The translations under genes and the position numbers were made by a program. Under the pieces are notes generated by a model. The model was given only the letters and a program-made list of their open reading frames with translations, did no database searches and was not told where the DNA came from. Positions 33,494-43,170 of a stretch of 43,170 nt of DNA are shown in pieces; position 1 is the first letter of the stretch, and the number at the start of each line of letters is the position of its first letter. Source of the stretch: Betaproteobacteria bacterium. Lineage in GTDB: Bacteria > Pseudomonadota > Gammaproteobacteria > Burkholderiales > Usitatibacteraceae. The stretch is taken from NCBI GenBank assembly GCA_031401935.1, contig JANNRY010000456.1, positions 1 to 43,170 of the forward strand, read 5' to 3'.

Positions 33494-36305
33494 CTTCGCC
33501 GAATAGGTTGCTTACACAGCGCCCGCAGATGGTCGGGTGCTCCGTGGTTGACCCGATGTCACCGCGGTAGTGCCAGCAGCGCGCGCATTTCTGGTGCGAA
33601 CTTGGCGTCACGACAATCTCAGTCTTGCCTTCATCCGTTTCTTCGCTGACAGTCGCTGCTGACGTAATCAACACGAAGCGCAAGTCATCATTTAACGATT
33701 TGAGCAGCGTCTTCGATTTCATGTCAAACGTTGCATGCACTTCCGCCTGAAGAGAGGAGCCGATAAGTCCCGCTGCCCGCTTGTCTTCGATCTCTTTCAA
33801 CACCGCGCTGCGGATGACACGAATGTCCGTCCAGCGTGTCGCAAGATCGGTTGCACCGTTCACGGCGGGCAGTTGGTGATATTGATGAAGGAAAATGCTG
33901 TCCGCACTATCTTTCACCGTAACAGACCAGATTTCCTCAGCGGTGAACGATAGCACCGGCGCGATCAATCGCGTCAACGTCTGCAGGATGTGATGCAGCG
34001 TAGTTTGCGCGGCGCGGCGCGGCGCGGATTTTGCACCAGCCGTATAAAGCCGATCCTTGAGGACGTCCAAATAAAACCCGCCCAAATCTTCGGAGCAGAA
34101 ATTCTGTATCGCCTGCATACCTGGCTGAAATTCATACTTCTCGAAGTGCCCACGCACCTTCTTTTGCAGTTCGTCAGTCAATACAAGAACGTAGCGGTCG
34201 ATCTCCAACCACTCGTCCACCGGTAGCGCGTCCTTGGAAAAATCAAAATCTGCCGTGTTGGCCAACAAGAAGCGTAGCGTATTGCGAATACGACGGTAGC
34301 TCTCAACGACGCGCTTGAGGATTTCATCCGAGATAGACAACTCTCCCGAATAGTCCGTAGAGCCAATCCAAAGGCGAAGTATCTCTGCACCCAGCGTATC
34401 GGACACCTTTTGCGGCTGCACAACATTGCCGAGCGACTTCGACATTTTCTTGCCCTGCCCGTCGACCGCAAAGCCGTGGGTCAACAGCGCTTCGTACGGC
34501 GCACGACCATTCACCGCGCAAGACACCAGCAGTGACGAATGAAACCAGCCGCGATGCTGATCGGACCCCTCAAGGTACAGGTCAGCCTGACCGGGCTTAC
34601 CATCGGTCGAAGGCTTAACCAGCGCGGGCGTTCTCGCCATCACGGTGTTGAACGTCGAGCCAGAATCCAGCCACACGTCCAGCGTGTCATTGATTTTGTT
34701 GTAGTGCGCCGCTTCAGCGCCCAACAACTCTTCTGCTGTAATGCGCCGCCAAACTTCGATGCCCTCTTTCTCGACGTGGCTTGCCACGTTTTCCAGCAGT
34801 TCCAGCGTGCGCGGATGCAGTTCGCCCGTTTCCTTGTGCAGGAAAAACGGAATCGGTGTACCCCAATTACGTTGTCGCGAGATGCACCAGTCCGGTCGGT
34901 TGGCGATCATTCCGTACAGGCGTGCCTTCCCCCATTCAGGATAGAAAGTCGTCGCGTCAATGGCGGCCAGCGCCAATTCACGCAACGTTTTTACTTCGCC
35001 TTTGGCCTTCAAATCCATTCCCACAAACCATTGCGCGGTGGCGCGAAACACGGTCGGTGTTTTATGCCGCCAGCAATGCGGATAGGAGTGTTTGAAATTC
35101 TCGGTATGAAACAACGCGCCCGCCGCCTCAATCGTCTTCACAATCTCGGGTTGCGCCTTCCAGATGTTCATGCCACCGAACAGCGGCAATGTGGACACAT
35201 ACTGTCCGTTGCCCATCACAGGATTTAGGATGTCTTCATTCGTCATCCCGTAGCGCTTGCAGGAATTGAAGTCGTCGACGCCGTATGCAGGTGAGGAGTG
35301 AACGATGCCGGTGCCCGTTTCGAGGGTGACGTAGTCGGCGAGAAAAATGGGTGAGGTGCGGTCATAGAACGGGTGTGTGAACGCAATTTTCTCTAACGCT
35401 TGACCTTTGGTGACAGCGACAACATTGCCCTCCAGCGCATAGGATTTGAGGCACGCTTCAACGCGCATTTCGGCCAAAACCAAGCATCCACGCGGTGTTT
35501 GGACGAGTGCATAGTCAAATTCCGGGTGAACATTCAATGCCTGATTGGCGGGAATCGTCCACGGTGTGGTCGTCCAGATCACCGCACAGACAAGGCCATC
35601 GGGCAGCGATGGCAACCCAAATGCCTTGGCCAGTTTTTCACGCTCAGTTTCTACAATTGGGAAACCAACATCAATCGCAATCGATGTCTTGTCTTCATAT
35701 TCGACCTCTGCTTCCGCTAAGGCCGAATGACAATCGAAGCACCAGTTCACAGGCTTCAACCCGCGATAAACATAACCGCGATCAACCAATTTACCAAGCG
35801 TACGTATCTCCGCCGCTTCAGTCGCAAAATCCATCGTCTTGTACGGGTGATCCCAATCGCCGAGCACACCAAGACGGATAAAGTCGGCTTTCTGCAAGGT
35901 CACCTGCGATTCGGCGTGCACGCGTGCAAACTCCATCACTTTCTCAGCGGGCAGATTTTTGCCGTGCTGCTTCTCGACAAAAATTTCAATCGGCATGCCG
36001 TGGCAATCCCAGCCCGGGACGTACACCGCGTCAAATCCCGCCATTTGCTTGGATTTGACGACCATGTCTTTCAGAATCTTGTTGACAGCGTGACCGACGT
36101 GTATCGCCGCGTTCGCATACGGAGGGCCGTCATGCAAAATGAACTTTGGCCGACCCTTGGACTTTTCGCGAATCTTCTCGTAGAGCTTCCGCTGTTGCCA
36201 GTCAGCCACCCAGCCGGGTTCGCGTTTAGCCAAATCGCCACGCATGGGGAACGGCGTATCCGGCAAATTCAGGGTGCTTTTGTAGTCAACCTTCTGATCC
36301 ATCAT
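33471..36305 (-). CDS. ileS: isoleucine--tRNA ligase
   Basis: 944 aa. HVGH (HIGH-type) and KMSKS motifs, plus a C-terminal zinc-binding CARCWHY...CGRC. Confidence 0.97.
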
Positions 36306-37285
36306 TAGTCCGATCGCAAAATGTTTTTTGCCTTCGATACGTCATCAAACATCTGAATCTTGAGCGCATCGAGGCTCGCAAAATTTTGTTCGTCGCGGAT
36401 TTTTTCGATGAAGGTGCAGGCAAGGCGTTGACCATAAACGTCTGCTGCAAAATCGAAGAGGAAGACTTCCAGATGGTGGTGGCCATCGACTGAGACCACC
36501 GGATTGGTGCCAAGGTTGGCGACCCCGTTGAGGATCGTGCCAGTCTTGATTCTTTCAATCCCCGCCACTCCCTCGAGCCCGCGAGTTACAAGCTGACATT
36601 GTACTGCAAACACGCCCGACAGCGCTGGTAATCGACGCGTCAAAGCAATGTTTGCGGTCGGAAACCCAAGCGTGCGCCCGAGTTTTTTGCCATGCGTGAC
36701 GCGTCCGATGATGCTGTATGGGCGGCCCAGCATCCGCGCGGCAACATCGAGTTGGCCATTGGATAAGGCATCGCGAATGGCGCTTGAGGAAATTTTTTCG
36801 ACACCGATAACAACATCCGGCATCGTCTCCACCATGAAGCCGTGGTGCGCGCCTGCGCGGCGCAGGGTTTCCGAATCGCCGCTGCGCTTGGTGCCGAAGC
36901 GAAAATCCTCGCCCACCATCAGCCACCGTACATTCATTTTCGTCAGCGCAGACACGAAATCGTCAGGGCATTGGGCCGCGAATTGTGCGTTGAAGCGTGG
37001 GATGTAGACATGTTCTACGCCGGTATCGGCGAGTGCCGCCAGCTTTTCGGTCGTGCTCATCAGGCGCGGCGGCGCAAATGAGGAATCGTTGCGCACTTTG
37101 GCAAAAAATTCGCGCGGCAGCGGATGAAACGTCATCGCCGCAAATGCCAACCCGTGCTCACGCGCAGCCTCAATGCCTGAAGCCAAAATCGCCTGATGGC
37201 CGCGATGGACGCCATCGAAATTGCCGATCGCCAGCGCGAGCGGCGCGCCAGCAGGCCGGAGCGCGCGATGCAGCCGCATGCTCAT
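36305..37285 (-). CDS. ribF: bifunctional riboflavin kinase / FMN adenylyltransferase
   Basis: ORF 36305..37498, trimmed to the ATG at 37283-37285, which forms an ATGA overlap with the murJ stop. [12 protein letters not shown] and GFPTANI motifs. TAATG overlap with the ileS start. Confidence 0.92.
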   Translation of the reverse strand: MSMRLHRALRPAGAPLALAIGNFDGVHRGHQAILASGIEAAREHGLAFAAMTFHPLPREFFAKVRNDSSFAPPRLMSTTEKLAALADTGVEHVYIPRFNAQFAAQCPDDFVSALTKMNVRWLMVGEDFRFGTKRSGDSETLRRAGAHHGFMVETMPDVVIGVEKISSSAIRDALSNGQLDVAARMLGRPYSIIGRVTHGKKLGRTLGFPTANIALTRRLPALSGVFAVQCQLVTRGLEGVAGIERIKTGTILNGVANLGTNPVVSVDGHHHLEVFLFDFAADVYGQRLACTFIEKIRDEQNFASLDALKIQMFDDVSKAKNILRSD

Positions 37286-38829
37286 GCGAGTCGCTTGGAG
37301 AATTGGTTCAAGCGGAACCCCATCGCCCACAGGCAGATGAAATATGTGAATGCGCCGACGCAGATGATGAGCGCCAGTCGCCAGCATTTGGCCAGTGTTG
37401 TTGCGGTCAACCAATCGATATTTGCGCCAGACATCCAAAACAGCACGCCGCCCATGATGTAAAGCGCGACTGCGATTTTGAGTACAAATGCCAGCCATTC
37501 CGGTTGAGGTACAAAGATGTTTTGTTTTCGCATGAAGAAATACAGCAATCCGGCGTTGACGCAGGCACCCAAACCAATCGAGAGCGCGAGGCCTGCGTGC
37601 TGAAAGAACGGTACGAAGCCTACGTTAAATAATTGGGTGACAGCCAACGTGAAGATGGCGATTTTTACCGGCGTTTTGACATTTTGCCGGGCGTAAAAGC
37701 CGGGGGCCAAAATTTTCACAAGGATGATGCCGGTTAGGCCGACAGAGTAGGCGACTAGCGCGGCGCGCGTCATCAGCACGTCTTGCGCGCTAAACGCGCC
37801 GTGCTGAAAGATGGTTGCAATCAGCGGCGTTGCGAGCAGTGCCAATGCAACGGCTGCGGGCAACGTCAACAGCAATGTCAGGCGCAATCCCCAATCAAGC
37901 AGTTTGGAATATTCATCCGTGTTCTTTTCGGCATGATGCTTAACGAGTGACGGCAACAGTACCGTGCCAAGTGCTACGCCAAGCAATGCGGACGGAAACT
38001 CCATCAGGCGGTCCGCCGCCGTGAGCCAGGAAACGGAACCGGTTTGAAGAAACGATGCGATTTGCGTATTAAGCAACAATGAAATCTGCGCAACCGAAAC
38101 ACCGAGCACGGCCGGCGCCATCAGCGCCAGCACGCGCACCACGCCCTCATCTTTGCGGAATTTCCATGCGGTTAGCGAGATTCGCGGCAACATGTTGATT
38201 TTTCGCAGCGCAGGGATTTGGAACGCGAGCTGCACAATGCCACCCAGAAATGTGCCCCATGCCAGCGCCAGTATCGGCGGGTTGATATACGGTGCCAAAA
38301 ACAATGCGCAGGCGATGACAGATAGATTGAGCAATACCGGCGTAAAGGCGGGCGTTTTGAATGCGCTGAAGCTATTGAGAATCCCGGCAGCCAGCGCGAT
38401 AAGGGAGATAAAGAAAATGTACGGAAAGGTGATCCGGACGAGCTGGGTCGTGAGGGCAAATTTTTCCGGGTTGACGGCAAAGCCTGATGCAGTCACGTAA
38501 ACAAGAACCGGTGCGGCGATCACGCCGATCAAAGTGACGAGAAATAGAATCAACACAAGAACGCTGGCAATGCGACCAGCCAACAAGTTGGTCTCGGCTT
38601 CGCCGCGCTTTGCTTTGTATTCCGCGAATACTGGCACAAATGCCTGACTGAACGCACCTTCGGCAAAAAGTCTGCGCAGCAAATTCGGGATGCGCCACGC
38701 GACCTGAAACGCATCCATCGCCGCGCTCGCGCCGAAAAAGTTAAAGCCAATGATTTCGCGGATGAGCCCGGTGATGCGCGACAGGAACGTCATCGCGGAG
38801 ACTGATAACGCGGCCTTAAGTAAGTTCAT
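37282..38829 (-). CDS. murJ: lipid II flippase MurJ (MviN)
   Basis: 515 aa. N-terminal MNLLKAALSVSAMTFLSRITGLIREI, FGASAAMDAF and about 14 TM helices. Confidence 0.95.
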   Translation of the reverse strand: MNLLKAALSVSAMTFLSRITGLIREIIGFNFFGASAAMDAFQVAWRIPNLLRRLFAEGAFSQAFVPVFAEYKAKRGEAETNLLAGRIASVLVLILFLVTLIGVIAAPVLVYVTASGFAVNPEKFALTTQLVRITFPYIFFISLIALAAGILNSFSAFKTPAFTPVLLNLSVIACALFLAPYINPPILALAWGTFLGGIVQLAFQIPALRKINMLPRISLTAWKFRKDEGVVRVLALMAPAVLGVSVAQISLLLNTQIASFLQTGSVSWLTAADRLMEFPSALLGVALGTVLLPSLVKHHAEKNTDEYSKLLDWGLRLTLLLTLPAAVALALLATPLIATIFQHGAFSAQDVLMTRAALVAYSVGLTGIILVKILAPGFYARQNVKTPVKIAIFTLAVTQLFNVGFVPFFQHAGLALSIGLGACVNAGLLYFFMRKQNIFVPQPEWLAFVLKIAVALYIMGGVLFWMSGANIDWLTATTLAKCWRLALIICVGAFTYFICLWAMGFRLNQFSKRLA

Positions 38830-38944
38830 GCAGGTTTATGAAGGCTTTTAATTGATAACAGCGGGGTAAACGCGGAGCAACAATAGGATGACAGTGGTCC
38901 GGAATGAGAAAGTACAAATTAAAAACCCAACAAAATCAGCGAGT

Positions 38945-38972
38945 TTGCTTTTTTGCGGGGCTGCGCTATAAT
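38945..38972 (+). promoter_or_regulatory. candidate sigma70 promoter of rpsT
   Basis: TTGCTT, a 16-nt spacer, then TATAAT (38967-38972), 44 nt upstream of the rpsT ATG. Confidence 0.45.
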
Positions 38973-39015
38973 ACTCGGCTTCCCGTAAAATTCATCGCAA
39001 CAATCTGGAAAAATC

Positions 39016-39318
39016 ATGGCAAATACCAAACAAGCCGCTAAGCGCGCGCGTCAAGCTGTTAAACAACGTGGCCACAACATGGGTCAGCGCTCCGAACTGC
39101 GTACCGCGATCAAGAAGGTCAGAGCCGCTGTAGCTGCTGGCGATAAAGTCCAGGCTGAAGCCGTGTTCAAGTCTTCGGTATCGACGATTGACTCCATCGC
39201 CGACAAGAACATCATTCACAAAAACAAGGCCGCCCGCCACAAAAGCCGCCTGTCTGCCGCGATCAAAGCAATTGGTGCAAAAGTTCAAACTGCGGGTCAA
39301 ACTGCCGCGCAAGCGTAA
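39016..39318 (+). CDS. rpsT: 30S ribosomal protein S20
   Basis: 100 aa. [18 protein letters not shown]... with [14 protein letters not shown]. Confidence 0.95.
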   Translation: MANTKQAAKRARQAVKQRGHNMGQRSELRTAIKKVRAAVAAGDKVQAEAVFKSSVSTIDSIADKNIIHKNKAARHKSRLSAAIKAIGAKVQTAGQTAAQA

Positions 39319-39391
39319 GTTACCTGCGTCACCGGCAACCGTAGTCGTAGTATTGGGTTGCTACCAATTTTGCTTTTCCAGTACCGTATTA

Positions 39392-39447
39392 CCGCCGATT
39401 TCGCTGCTTTTTTTGGGCGAAGATAAATCGGCGGTTTTTCGTTTTTT
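39392..39447 (+). terminator. rho-independent terminator of rpsT
   Basis: CCGCCGATTT...AAATCGGCGG followed by TTTTTCGTTTTTT. Confidence 0.65.
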
Positions 39448-39461
39448 GGCTCTTGGCGAAA

Positions 39462-39815
39462 CTACGTCGCCAGCTTTTCCAACGCACTTCCCGGCAGCGC
39501 GCAAAAATCTTCGCTCGGCGGCACCGTGGGATCAATGACAACCAGTTCATTGTCCTTGGCAAAATCCAGCAAAAACCGGTACGCGCGAGGTTCAGCCTCT
39601 TGCAGGCTCGGCTCAACCACCACGCAGCGCACCCCGTCGAGCATCATCGGGCGAACAAACGGTGAATAACGCATTTGGTTATCGCCGCCAAAGGTGGACA
39701 TGATCCCGCACAGGCGCTCCGCCCAATCGCTCGGACGAAACGCGCGACCGTTGAGCGTGACGCCCTGAATGACGATACGTGGAATTGCCGGGGCAGGTTT
39801 GACCGGGTGTGCCAT
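39462..39815 (-). CDS. DUF3579-family protein
   Basis: ORF 39462..39854, trimmed to the ATG at 39813-39815 (MAHPVKPAP...). IVIQGVTLNGRAFRPSDWAERLCG...MRYSPFVRP matches my recollection of DUF3579. Confidence 0.72.
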   Translation of the reverse strand: MAHPVKPAPAIPRIVIQGVTLNGRAFRPSDWAERLCGIMSTFGGDNQMRYSPFVRPMMLDGVRCVVVEPSLQEAEPRAYRFLLDFAKDNELVVIDPTVPPSEDFCALPGSALEKLAT

Positions 39816-39978
39816 TGTGCGGGTTGTTTGGAGTGTTGGTGGCAGAAACAGCACGCATTGCAGGGGAAGCGGCGCGCTGAATTATAACTTTGTCGCTCCG
39901 ACGCGGCACCGATTGTTGCACTGCAAACAAGATTGCCATATAGTTATTTCCTGAGTATTTAAGCGGCGGTCCGCATGA

Positions 39979-40024
39979 GGCCGCCGTTTTCGTTTGGGGC
40001 CGCCGCTTTCATTTGGGGCCGCCG
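39979..40024. repeat. three GGCCGCCG boxes at exact 19-bp spacing upstream of argD
   Basis: GGCCGCCG occurs at 39979, 39998 and 40017. Units 1 and 2 extend to GGCCGCCGyTTyCrTTTGG. Confidence 0.6.
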
Positions 40025-40103
40025 TTGCCGCGTCTGTCGGCAGATTGTCGACTGTGCCGCGTAAAATTTTCATTCCGTTCGTGCAGTAGAGAGGGGGTAT
40101 TGA

Positions 40104-41300
40104 ATGTTATCGAGCCATCAGATGAATACCTACAAGCCACTCGCGGTCGCGTTCAGCCACGGTGAGGGGGCGTGGCTGACCACCACCGACGGGCGAACCG
40201 TGCTGGATGCCCTTGCCGGCATCGCGGTATCGGGCCTGGGCCACGCACATCCAAAACTTGTCAAAAGTATTGCCGAGCAGGCGGCTCGCATCATTCACAC
40301 ATCTAATCTGGTCGATATTCCAGAGCAAGCTGCACTTGCCGACAAGCTATGCGCGCTGGCTGGGATGGACAACGTTTTTTTCGCAAACTCAGGCGCAGAA
40401 GCCAATGAATGCGCTATCAAGCTCGCACGTTTGTACGGTCACCAGCGTGGCGTAGCCAGTCCGCAAATCATTGTGATGGAACATGCATGGCACGGCAGGA
40501 CGCTTGCGACCTTGGCGGCAACCGGTTCGCGCAAGGCGCAGGCTGGGTTTGAGCCGTTGGTGGGCGGGTTCATTCGGGTGCCTTATAACGATTTCGACGC
40601 GGTACGTGCGATTGCCGCCCATAACAACGACGTCGTTGCCGTACTCACCGAGGTGCTGCAGGGCGAAGGCGGTATTGTCGAGGCGCGCGCAGATTATCTG
40701 CGTCAGCTGCGCCAGCTTTGCACGCAAAAAGAGTGGTTCCTGATGATCGACGAAGTACAGTCGGGCATTGGTCGTACAGGCAAGTGGTTTGCGCATCAAT
40801 GGGCGGGTATCGTGCCGGACGTGATGACACTTGCCAAAGGTTTGGGCTCGGGCATGCCGATCGGGGCTTGTCTGGCACGCGGTACTGCTGCGAGCGTATT
40901 TAAACCGGGTAACCACGGCACCACATTTGGCGGCGGACCGCTGGTCTCGGTCGCTGCATTGCGTACGTTGGAAATCATGGAGGAAGAAGGCTTGCTCGAC
41001 AACGCGACCAAGATGGGTGCGATTGTGAAAAATGGCTTCAGCGAAGCCTTGCGCAGTGTTGCCGGCGTGAAAGAAATACGCGGCATGGGGCTGATGCTGG
41101 GCATCGAGCTTGACCGCCCGTGTGGTGAAATCGTCAAATTGGCGCTGGAGGCGGGAATCCTCACCAATGTGACGCAGGATAGCGTTATTCGTTTGCTGCC
41201 GGCGCTGATCATCAACGAAACGGAAGCACGCGAAATAGTGGCGCGGCTTGTCCCAGTCATCAAAGCTTTTCTGGCCCTGCCGATGCGGGCAGCCGCTTAA
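40104..41300 (+). CDS. argD: acetylornithine aminotransferase (class III PLP aminotransferase)
   Basis: 398 aa with a GAGAGGGGG RBS. FANSGAEANE, DEVQSGIGRTGKWFA and TLAKGLGSG (PLP-binding Lys) motifs. It lies upstream of argF-argG. Confidence 0.88.
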   Translation: MLSSHQMNTYKPLAVAFSHGEGAWLTTTDGRTVLDALAGIAVSGLGHAHPKLVKSIAEQAARIIHTSNLVDIPEQAALADKLCALAGMDNVFFANSGAEANECAIKLARLYGHQRGVASPQIIVMEHAWHGRTLATLAATGSRKAQAGFEPLVGGFIRVPYNDFDAVRAIAAHNNDVVAVLTEVLQGEGGIVEARADYLRQLRQLCTQKEWFLMIDEVQSGIGRTGKWFAHQWAGIVPDVMTLAKGLGSGMPIGACLARGTAASVFKPGNHGTTFGGGPLVSVAALRTLEIMEEEGLLDNATKMGAIVKNGFSEALRSVAGVKEIRGMGLMLGIELDRPCGEIVKLALEAGILTNVTQDSVIRLLPALIINETEAREIVARLVPVIKAFLALPMRAAA

Positions 41301-41340
41301 AGCAATGCGGGTAGCCGCATAACGCAATGCCAACGAGGCC

Positions 41341-42273
41341 ATGAAACATCACGCAACCATGAGACATTTTTTGCAAATGAAGGATTTCACGCGCGATGAG
41401 TATGAGCATCTGCTCGAACGCGCCAAAATCCTGAAAGCACGATTCAAAAATTACATCCCGTATCAGCCTCTAACGGATCGCATGCTGGCAATGGTGTTTG
41501 AGAAAAGCTCCACGCGTACGCGGGTGAGTTTTGAGGCGGGCATTTATCAGCTTGGCGGACAAGCGATTCACCTTGACTCCCAATCCACGCAGCTGGGTCG
41601 TTCCGAACCCATCGAAGACACCGCGAGAGTTATTTCACGCATGGTTGATTTGGTGATGATTCGCACCTTTGAACAAGAAAAAGTGGAGCGATTCGCCGCA
41701 CACTCCCGTGTGCCGGTCATCAACGGGCTGACCAACGAATATCACCCGTGTCAGGTGCTGGCCGATATTTTTACGTTTGTCGAGCAGCGAGGCTCGCTGA
41801 CGGGCAAGATCGTCGCGTGGATTGGTGACGCGAACAATATGAGCTATACCTGGCTTGAAGCGGCGCGTATTTTTGACTTCAAGCTGCATGTGGCCACACC
41901 CAAAGGCTACGAAATGAAATCGCAGCGCGGTGAAGCGCTGGATCACGCTTACCTGTCTGCGTTCACAGATCCGATGCTGGCCGCAGCGGGCGCGCATTTG
42001 GTGACCACAGATGTCTGGACGAGTATGGGATTTGAGGCCGAAACGGAGGCGAGGAAAAATGCCTTCGCCGATTTCTGCGTTGATCGCGAGATGATGGCCG
42101 TCGCCCACAAAGATGCGCTATTCATGCATTGCCTGCCCGCGCATCGCGGCGAGGAGGTCTCAGCCGAAGTTCTTGACGGCCCGCAAAGCGCAGTGTGGGA
42201 AGAAGCGGAAAATCGACTTCATGTACAAAAGGCGTTGATGGAATTCCTGTTGCTGGGACGCATCAATAGCTAA
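41341..42273 (+). CDS. argF: ornithine carbamoyltransferase
   Basis: 310 aa. STRTR carbamoyl-phosphate motif, HPCQ, and HCLPAHRGEE (HCLP motif). Confidence 0.93.
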   Translation: MKHHATMRHFLQMKDFTRDEYEHLLERAKILKARFKNYIPYQPLTDRMLAMVFEKSSTRTRVSFEAGIYQLGGQAIHLDSQSTQLGRSEPIEDTARVISRMVDLVMIRTFEQEKVERFAAHSRVPVINGLTNEYHPCQVLADIFTFVEQRGSLTGKIVAWIGDANNMSYTWLEAARIFDFKLHVATPKGYEMKSQRGEALDHAYLSAFTDPMLAAAGAHLVTTDVWTSMGFEAETEARKNAFADFCVDREMMAVAHKDALFMHCLPAHRGEEVSAEVLDGPQSAVWEEAENRLHVQKALMEFLLLGRINS

Positions 42274-42284
42274 CATAAAAATAT

Positions 42285-42350
42285 AAACTCTAGCACTGGC
42301 GGGCCTTTCAGGGCAAAAATAGCCTGCGAAGCACGCCAGTGCTGGAGTTT
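42285..42350. repeat. REP/MITE-like intergenic palindromic element, copy C
   Basis: AAACTCTAGCACTGGCG-(32 nt)-CGCCAGTGCTGGAGTTT. The arms match at 16/17. Located between argF and argG. Confidence 0.75.
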
Positions 42351-42385
42351 AATAAAACAAACATTATCCACAAGCGAGCAATTGA

Positions 42386-43170
42386 ATGAGCGATGTAAAT
42401 AAAGTAGTGCTGGCGTATTCCGGCGGTCTGGACACTTCTGTCATCCTGAAGTGGCTGCAGGATGTCTACAAATGTGAAGTGATTACCTTTACCGCAGATA
42501 TCGGTCAAGGCGAGGAAGTCGAGCCCGCACGCAAGAAAGCGCTACAACTTGGTATCAAGAAACAGAACATCTACATTCAGGATTTGCGCGAAGAATTCGT
42601 ACGCGATTTCGTGTTTCCGATGTTTCGCGCCAACACTGTTTATGAAGGCGAATATTTGCTTGGCACGTCGATTGCGCGACCGCTGATCGCCAAGAACATG
42701 ATCGATATCGCCCGCAAAACTGGGGCATATGCGATTTCGCACGGTGCCACCGGCAAAGGCAACGATCAGGTTCGCTTCGAACTCGGTGCGTATGCGCTGA
42801 TGCCGAACGTGAAAATTATCGCGCCGTGGCGTGAGTGGGATTTGCTGTCGCGCGAAAAATTGTTGAAGTACGCCGACAAGCACAACATTCCGGTCGATTT
42901 CAAAAAACGCAAAGGTGGCGGCGCCCCTTATTCGATGGACGCGAATTTGCTGCATGTCAGCTATGAAGGCGGAATTCTTGAAGATCCGAACTTTGAAGCG
43001 GAAGATTCCATGTGGCGCATCACCGTGTTGCCGGAAAAAGCGCCAAACAAGCCGGAATATGTTGAACTGGATTACGCGAAGGGCGATATCATTGCCATCA
43101 ACGGCAAGAAGCTGACTCCAGCAAAGGTGCTGACTGAATTGAACCGTCTCGGTGGCAAACACGGTATCGG
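42386..43170 (+). CDS. argG: argininosuccinate synthase (partial; continues past right edge)
   Basis: My own translation from the ATG at 42386: [44 protein letters not shown]... ([10 protein letters not shown]-loop). It is open to the window end, so it is absent from the ORF track. The listed 206-aa minus ORF is its antisense shadow. Confidence 0.93.
   Translation, partial: MSDVNKVVLAYSGGLDTSVILKWLQDVYKCEVITFTADIGQGEEVEPARKKALQLGIKKQNIYIQDLREEFVRDFVFPMFRANTVYEGEYLLGTSIARPLIAKNMIDIARKTGAYAISHGATGKGNDQVRFELGAYALMPNVKIIAPWREWDLLSREKLLKYADKHNIPVDFKKRKGGGAPYSMDANLLHVSYEGGILEDPNFEAEDSMWRITVLPEKAPNKPEYVELDYAKGDIIAINGKKLTPAKVLTELNRLGGKHGI

Noticed and set aside
39979-40024. Short phased repeats as a miniature CRISPR array
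   Set aside because: There are only three 8-19-bp units with an 11-bp spacing. That is far too short, and no cas genes or leader are present.
40389-41342. 317-aa minus-strand ORF
   Set aside because: It is the antisense shadow of argD. It has no recognisable motifs, whereas the plus-strand frame carries the PLP aminotransferase signature.
42661-42675. Perfect sigma-54 promoter consensus TGGCAC-N5-TTGC
   Set aside because: It lies inside the argG coding region, encoding the conserved LLGTSIARP segment, with no downstream gene start. It is most simply a by-product of codon choice.

Overview
This 43.2-kb chromosomal segment has gene order and protein sequences that read like a betaproteobacterium (Burkholderiales/Oxalobacteraceae-like). 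That placement is my inference and was not searched.

Most of the window is conserved housekeeping:
- trmB divergent from an rlmI-like methyltransferase, thiS-thiG, and mutY.
- The rapZ-hprK-ptsN-hpf-rpoN-lptB-lptA-lptC block.
- murJ-ribF-ileS-lspA-ispH, with no fkpB.
- rpsT, and argD-argF-argG (argG runs off the right edge).
- tRNA-Gly(CCC) and a tandem tRNA-Thr(UGU)/tRNA-Thr(CGU) pair.

Accessory-looking content:
- (a) A type IV pilus minor-pilin operon (pilE-like, fimT/GspH-like, pilV, pilW, pilX-like). It ends in an unusually large 1584-aa PilY1-like protein that carries seven tandem two-cysteine repeats, followed by a membrane-anchored TonB-C-terminal-like protein.
- (b) An operon pairing an outer-membrane beta-barrel with a signal-peptide-bearing truncated hemoglobin. 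A perfect TGTGA-N6-TCACA palindrome lies upstream.
- (c) A rubrerythrin / CCG-type Fe-S oxidoreductase / DUF3501 operon.
- (d) A small-membrane-protein / LytS-type kinase / LytTR regulator module. It has a 138-bp duplication of the regulator's 5' end between the kinase and regulator genes.
- (e) A large ScsB/DsbD-like disulfide reductase.
- (f) A family of ~66-bp intergenic palindromic (REP/MITE-like) elements, at least three copies.

I recognise no CRISPR array, IS element, integrase, prophage or known defence system. The best candidate for something undescribed is the PilY1 repeat module together with its TonB-like partner. The exported globin operon is second. All family names come from my recollection of motifs, not from database searches.
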